Shown here: piece after piece, positions 54,401-56,522 of the stretch
Layout of the letters: each line of letters starts with the position of its first letter
Position numbering within the stretch: position 1 is the first letter of the stretch
DNA from: Trichomonas gallinae
Taxonomy: Eukaryota
DNA: 56,522 bases
Reading direction: 5' to 3'
Assembly (NCBI GenBank): GCA_008369845.1
Contig: MRSU01002918.1
Location: 1-56,522, forward strand
Notes under the pieces: generated by a model
What the model was told of the DNA's origin: nothing
What the model saw: only the letters and a program-made list of their open reading frames with translations
Database searches by the model: none
Program-made: the position numbers and the translations under genes

Positions 54401-55772
54401 CATAAGCTTTTGTCCACTCATATCCTTTTCTTTTGAACCTATAATAAAGCGAATAATTCTGATTCACAAAAGTAGTGTAAAGATTCAATCGAACGTTTGC
54501 TGTCTCGTAAAAATCATGAGTACCTCCTGGATTATTATCAAAATAAAAACTAATCCCTCTGCTATTAATGATTTCTACTTCATAGGTTTGTGGTGCTGAG
54601 TAAACCCAATAATTGTTTCTGACCATAAGTGTTAGATTATGTTTTCCTTTTGGAAAATAATTGTCGATGATAAAATTCGTTGAATATGTTTTCCTTCCTG
54701 AAGGCCACCAATCCCAACCGGTTTCGAACAGATTCCCTTCATCCCATTTCGCCATCATGTAGGCTCTTACGTCGGACAAAGCTTCAAAATCGATGTAAAT
54801 TCTTGAACCACCATAATATTTCTCATCGATTGGAGACAAAAGCCTAAATTCTGGCTTGAAGCAAATAGGCATCCATTTTGCAAATGGAGGTGTAAGTATT
54901 GCATCTTTTGTGATAATCCATAACTTAAACAATCGATTGGATACATCATTTCCTAGCGTTATATCGAAATCAATTGTAAATGTGTCTGAATCTTCACTTA
55001 CGACAAATTCGGCGAGAGTTGTTTGCTTGTCGTCGTAAATGTAATAGATATTGATAACCTGACCGACTTCAAAACCTCTTAAACTGCCTTGTATTGGAAT
55101 TACTTGCTTCTTTTCATATGTTTCGTTGAAAATTGTGTCAATTTTTAGTTCTGGTGTTGTTTTAAGGTTAAACTCATCAGTAATTGTCACATAAAAGTGA
55201 TATATACCGGTTTCTCCAATGATCCTATTCTTCCAAGCAACCAATAGTTGTGTTTCTGCAGTATATGGTGTTGTATCTAATTTATTTATATCAGTATAAA
55301 GCTGTTCTGATGTTGGAACATGATTGAACTGATCAGCATTAGCATACTCATCTCCACGTACAACAAAGTATAGGCCTTGATCTGTATTTGGCTTAGAAAA
55401 GTAAATTCCTTGATATTCTCCAAGTGTTTTAACGTCAACTTTCGCGGAATCTAGAAAATATAGTGTATCCTTGATAACTAAGTTTAGTGTTTTAGATGTA
55501 GTTCCATTATTTTGGATCATAAAATCGATAATAATTTTATTTTGATTTTCCGGAAGTATGATCTTTGTATCTATGATGATTCCTTTAAAATAATCTGATC
55601 CTTTGTTTTCCCATGGAATATCTCTTGAACTTTCTCCAGACAAATAATAATATGAGGAAAATCCATTGTTAATTCTTGTTCCGTTGTAATAAACTCTTAA
55701 CATTTCTCTTGAGTTTTGCCATGTGTATGAAAATAGGTTCGATCGTCCAGTTGTTATTAAGAAACTCAGCAT
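45471..55772 (-). CDS. Bap-like type I surface protein (3433 aa) with ~30 Ig-like modules
   Basis: Short signal peptide, then ~100-aa beta-rich modules (e.g. GEHxLxVxxxDEFG), a Pro-rich linker, TM IYILWPIIVVAILIIVGVVVLIIIF, and an acidic cytosolic tail with NPLF and DDPF. Confidence 0.9.
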   Translation of the reverse strand: MLSFLITTGRSNLFSYTWQNSREMLRVYYNGTRINNGFSSYYYLSGESSRDIPWENKGSDYFKGIIIDTKIILPENQNKIIIDFMIQNNGTTSKTLNLVIKDTLYFLDSAKVDVKTLGEYQGIYFSKPNTDQGLYFVVRGDEYANADQFNHVPTSEQLYTDINKLDTTPYTAETQLLVAWKNRIIGETGIYHFYVTITDEFNLKTTPELKIDTIFNETYEKKQVIPIQGSLRGFEVGQVINIYYIYDDKQTTLAEFVVSEDSDTFTIDFDITLGNDVSNRLFKLWIITKDAILTPPFAKWMPICFKPEFRLLSPIDEKYYGGSRIYIDFEALSDVRAYMMAKWDEGNLFETGWDWWPSGRKTYSTNFIIDNYFPKGKHNLTLMVRNNYWVYSAPQTYEVEIINSRGISFYFDNNPGGTHDFYETANVRLNLYTTFVNQNYSLYYRFKRKGYEWTKAYDFTVDQLIDNSFYRLSHQFKYPYVEGSDFIYYKVIDFNNVSTDIQGVSFTMNKNPKAYISRGISKYYISGSKVNFTCFAVNLDPGKEATIYYELSSKYYFPVHDKVVMTDNYISNEVTLEVEIPNVEGAYTLYLYARENTSTQERGDWSYYAMKFCTLPKFNITNELEEIYSLNGYIEVSLNCSTSISSYLYYTFDNGNEISQGESIKTNGYQIAIRSIQLRNLPIGKHNVTMFVVNEYGARSIENYTHEFDYDERRAPQLSVNWNYHPNRFCDLYGFTLSITEPDKGQRVDVYYWFNDNTPELLYSYNSTDYLSKWFQFYPLRVDGRQTLWIQAIDASGAKSKKESQVSNIYNEPKIEFIDWPRDWFIVGENMSFRCKITDLHEGEELTVFCDVFGQQTEVRHDTIIMPHSMSIEFDVNITIPKFNDNRYITFWATDNYPTKNVTNKYQAWSRITERPKIVEVSPLDPQYSIGEAITVELTVWDEDYVNVYFKFDEMDKAENLGRVETKGENKKVRYQIPTSNKIYNVGTKTLSIYLVDRWSYWSFTFNHQFTYENLRAPEFEINVLNKKNVFYYHETVNFRFKIRDRNYGDNVMMFMKINDNEFENIFNATSYGDWFDYDYNFSYLPENKDYTLTFKTVDNSDSESIEKQYSFRVAQTATAVAATTLEKMYEPGTRVNVTCFAGDFNIGDKIQIYYQINNEKVIYPPCDLVISENYSTDYFTIEMELPLYPSRNSIYIYAKNDKNTVGQRAILYTTTNFAPKIIKIDDIKDEYASNEYIDIDCVLYDDSFVELYYKFDNRELQKLENRISINGKETAVHRQIPIPKESFRGGNHKVFVHFVDQYGIATDVENFSFFYNDKHAPEFNVVLLDKKQTYNFYESVNFNCSVFDQDKDNTLKILLKVNDGEFSEIASTTSSESWYNYTHNFQIPDTNGSCVIRFIAQDNTGASSVDQIFTLNVQQSPTVILENDFSRSYNGGETILVTGFVADFDPGKGVQLMYSINSGQRVFATPIMNMRNDYKTDDFEFELDLPANVGTYSITFWAEDNNGMKSQYNRQFITINLPPKIVQWNDLDPIYYRNGFINFDAIIFDDSKSRIFYKFDNEEVKLIGDWIEFNSRNVSIKKEIPIPNMTVGEHSITVYIKDWFGIKSAEETKKFQFSDKSVPVLKMRIVNQQYSYAFYELVEFSGQVSDSDEGDTIRISVQIDEGEFEQIASFSESQVINEFNHKISLPKIDGSHTIIFKAFDGSGGESGEQRFVVNAKQQPHVVLTSEITKMYLPNETIFINGYIADFSPNEDVQLFYKLNDGIIVYAYLSMLSLDNYTTPMFDFNITLPKEVKHNYLSIWAETSTGLASRRSYYDIITNIEPVLNEFKSIKEFYTINEFIDLDLKITDDSKCKIVYYYDDEAEIVINEFIPIKSPEFPVLRHIPVKNSLEFGDHNLTVFIRDEFGSISNKISQNFTFKNSHAPELVLSALPKRPPYNFHESITFRGSVRDLDLGDTTRVVFKVGTSEPTMIYDGVSDKEWHDFSYTINVPHANGKYAIVVAAMDQTGSKSEEVSLEFEVQRNKGIEFLKKFKKSYQPGEIIQMRSQLKDFDANSSVSFWYSIDGNGKNYIKEVEIFENYTSGIVDYEIPLPDELTDHYLILWAENELGHVLCPYNENYIIINNLPTFNITNTLPTNLYGHAFIEVDISCYDETDVWVYYMIDDKDEKLISSTIQSFFEIEKRVLSIEIKSLEVGEHKLSIYLKDEFEAYSIPYIHNFTYSDIYNPPVLNISSYIKPYTYGFFETIDVNASMFAAEGENISLYMRLNYDEYEKIYEYTSTGDIHFYQHTIKMPTIEDFHFVTFVAMNQNEIKSKITKLDFEVRMNPGIEFSQSLKVSYKTDEDITLRGVIVDYQPFTRLDIYYKVDQDEKIFAGRVTVRNNFKSDEFEFTVIPNNTINIHDIKIWLEKDKKSVYSIAGNFIVNTKPVIKMWNSLNEKYYNNDHINLDFNATDNTQAKLCYNFDENEEKCFTKLIYFYNREYQYRHQIEINTRVISYGEHTLNFYAKDEFGEISDIFAHNFTFENDEAPELIVDSMDRKRLYNFYETITVKGRAKDHSNNDNVKVFFRFNFTDAVEIGTSLTPKSARKLKSDEGWHYFEHTINVPQQDGEFFIVLYAKDNNGATSIDTRHDFKVKHEPCIRLRNSVERSYMPGDSVTITGFAGDFDPGKKLKIFYKLSNDDKIEVGEFVVNDNQTTNDFSFNINVPESVTPQSFKIWAEESGTVAAVLDKGYSVINLTPSMKILNKVNQFYYNSGFIDLVVNVTDNTRVQLWYCIDGNREINLTDFIECNGETKTIVQQIELPPRSLTFNSHKLYIFVRDEFGAESADKIYDFMFMDKNAPNLEILNIATKENYSYHDVVTLYGRVRDPDVGDKIYVNLQLNHGGYTEIFVTEATGDWQNFSYTFNVPKNDGLYVVTFQAQDNWMAASRMNRYNFKVRRSRGVQFRNSFPTYYEPKSTIYVECYLVDYEPNTKVRVKARYGKSGHEFFIDVFTIHNSMTSKDFNYQYTLPPDAKSDDLEIFIIDDDTNETLNTIKQPIVINEKPQIWLLNQFPSKLAGSSSVGLDIIITDDTKANIRYKFDDGPEYNLSDLIICNTLNKSVRKSIKIPDDIGYKKHTIHIYAIDELGLMSEVNSTEFYFYNTNFNPPILEASVLEEKSVFLFNDEIIIKGFLSDKDIDDDVFVNMRFDFDEFFEVHECKYNNRSKCENFNIHIKVPRIEGLHDVILQAVDSRGSTSEDVIFRITVAKHPVRTAVPPPNHPRPSPLPRDYTGSVFKTFIITYIASITTDINGDPFTTYIPQEVEIDYGTETNTTKEDINIGFFDTTFGIYILWPIIVVAILIIVGVVVLIIIFTKKKSEESSNGLSVDMQEETLQRTTHDESMITNDNPLFGNTNDDPFKEDFQEDDRMVMDNVDVIGHSDEEEISEKDVYL

Positions 55773-56522
55773 TTTAAATCTGAATTCTCAGAATTTTCAC
55801 AGTTTCCCAAATAAAAAAGTGGTCTTTTTTCATTGATAAAAATATTGTACTCATTGTATATATTATTTAATTGTAAAATTGGAGATTTTGGACGTTAACT
55901 GAAAATGGTTTAGTTATGAGAGTACATTATTATTTTCATATCCATTTTGAACGATAAAAATTGAGAAACCATACAAAATTAAAACTTGTAAATAATAGAT
56001 AATTTTATCTTTACAACCAAATATTGTTTAACAATTTTCTGAAATTTACTTCATTGTAATTTTCAGAAAATTCTGATATTAAACTTTAAATAATATCATA
56101 ATAATACATTCTCTATGTCATAATTTCGTCACTTTAAAATTGGAAGATAAATTAGACCATCAATTTTTTGACAGTTCATTTAATCGGACGATATCATGCA
56201 TACTTATGCATAGTCCTTTTGATAAATTTGATAAATTTTGGAGAAATGTAGTTCAGATTTCAATGATTTTTACAACGAATTTACTCAAAAATAATTTCTC
56301 AAACAGTTATATGTTGAGTAAACAGTTATATGTTGATCAGGAACATAGTTTTAAAAATAGAATTTTCATAGTTTGAAAATTGACAAAACGTCGCAATATG
56401 TCATATGTCATGTAAATGTCAAGAATTTTGGATATGTTTAATTTCAGAGGTGTAGAAACGACGATAGAAATGACGTTAAAATCTTATCGGTCCTACAAAT
56501 GAAGCCTTTTTGGATTATAAAA

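Noticed and set aside
56140..56376. 78-aa ORF downstream of GTCACTTT at the window end
   Set aside because: TTG start, no recognisable motif and AT-rich random composition.
1..56522. Spliceosomal introns
   Set aside because: No GT...ACTAACACACAG-type trichomonad intron was noticed, and the main ORFs are uninterrupted. Very short introns could have been missed by eye.

Overview
AT-rich, gene-dense eukaryotic DNA with no recognisable spliceosomal introns, most consistent with a trichomonad (Trichomonas vaginalis-like parabasalid). This is supported by TCA(C/T)T initiator motifs just upstream of ATGs, M3/M5 core-promoter motifs at a ribosomal protein gene, TAAA poly(A) signals overlapping TAA stops, an IBD-domain gene and a Bap-like surface protein. 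The window holds about 22 coding loci: the 3' end of beta-tubulin, a CFAP46-like gene, a SAPS-like gene, a BEACH/WD40 gene, a histidine acid phosphatase, a ubiquitin-like gene, a Rab next to a VPS9-domain GEF, an ER thioredoxin-fold gene, an IBD gene, RPL14, an ARM-repeat gene, an MCRS1-like FHA gene, an R2R3 Myb, a BAR-like gene, a 3433-aa modular surface protein and several hypotheticals. It also holds an intron-containing tRNA-Tyr, several ankyrin and other pseudogene relics, tandem repeats and a tiny hAT-like inverted-repeat element. No novel system can be proven from sequence alone. The best leads are (1) an unannotated ~100-nt structured island with Sm-class snRNA/SL-RNA-like architecture at 12119-12223, (2) a secreted Pro-rich protein built like a multi-peptide precursor, (3) an adjacent Rab5-like GTPase (catalytic Q->S) and GAPVD1-like GEF, and (4) an oriented upstream motif TTTACATGTCA.
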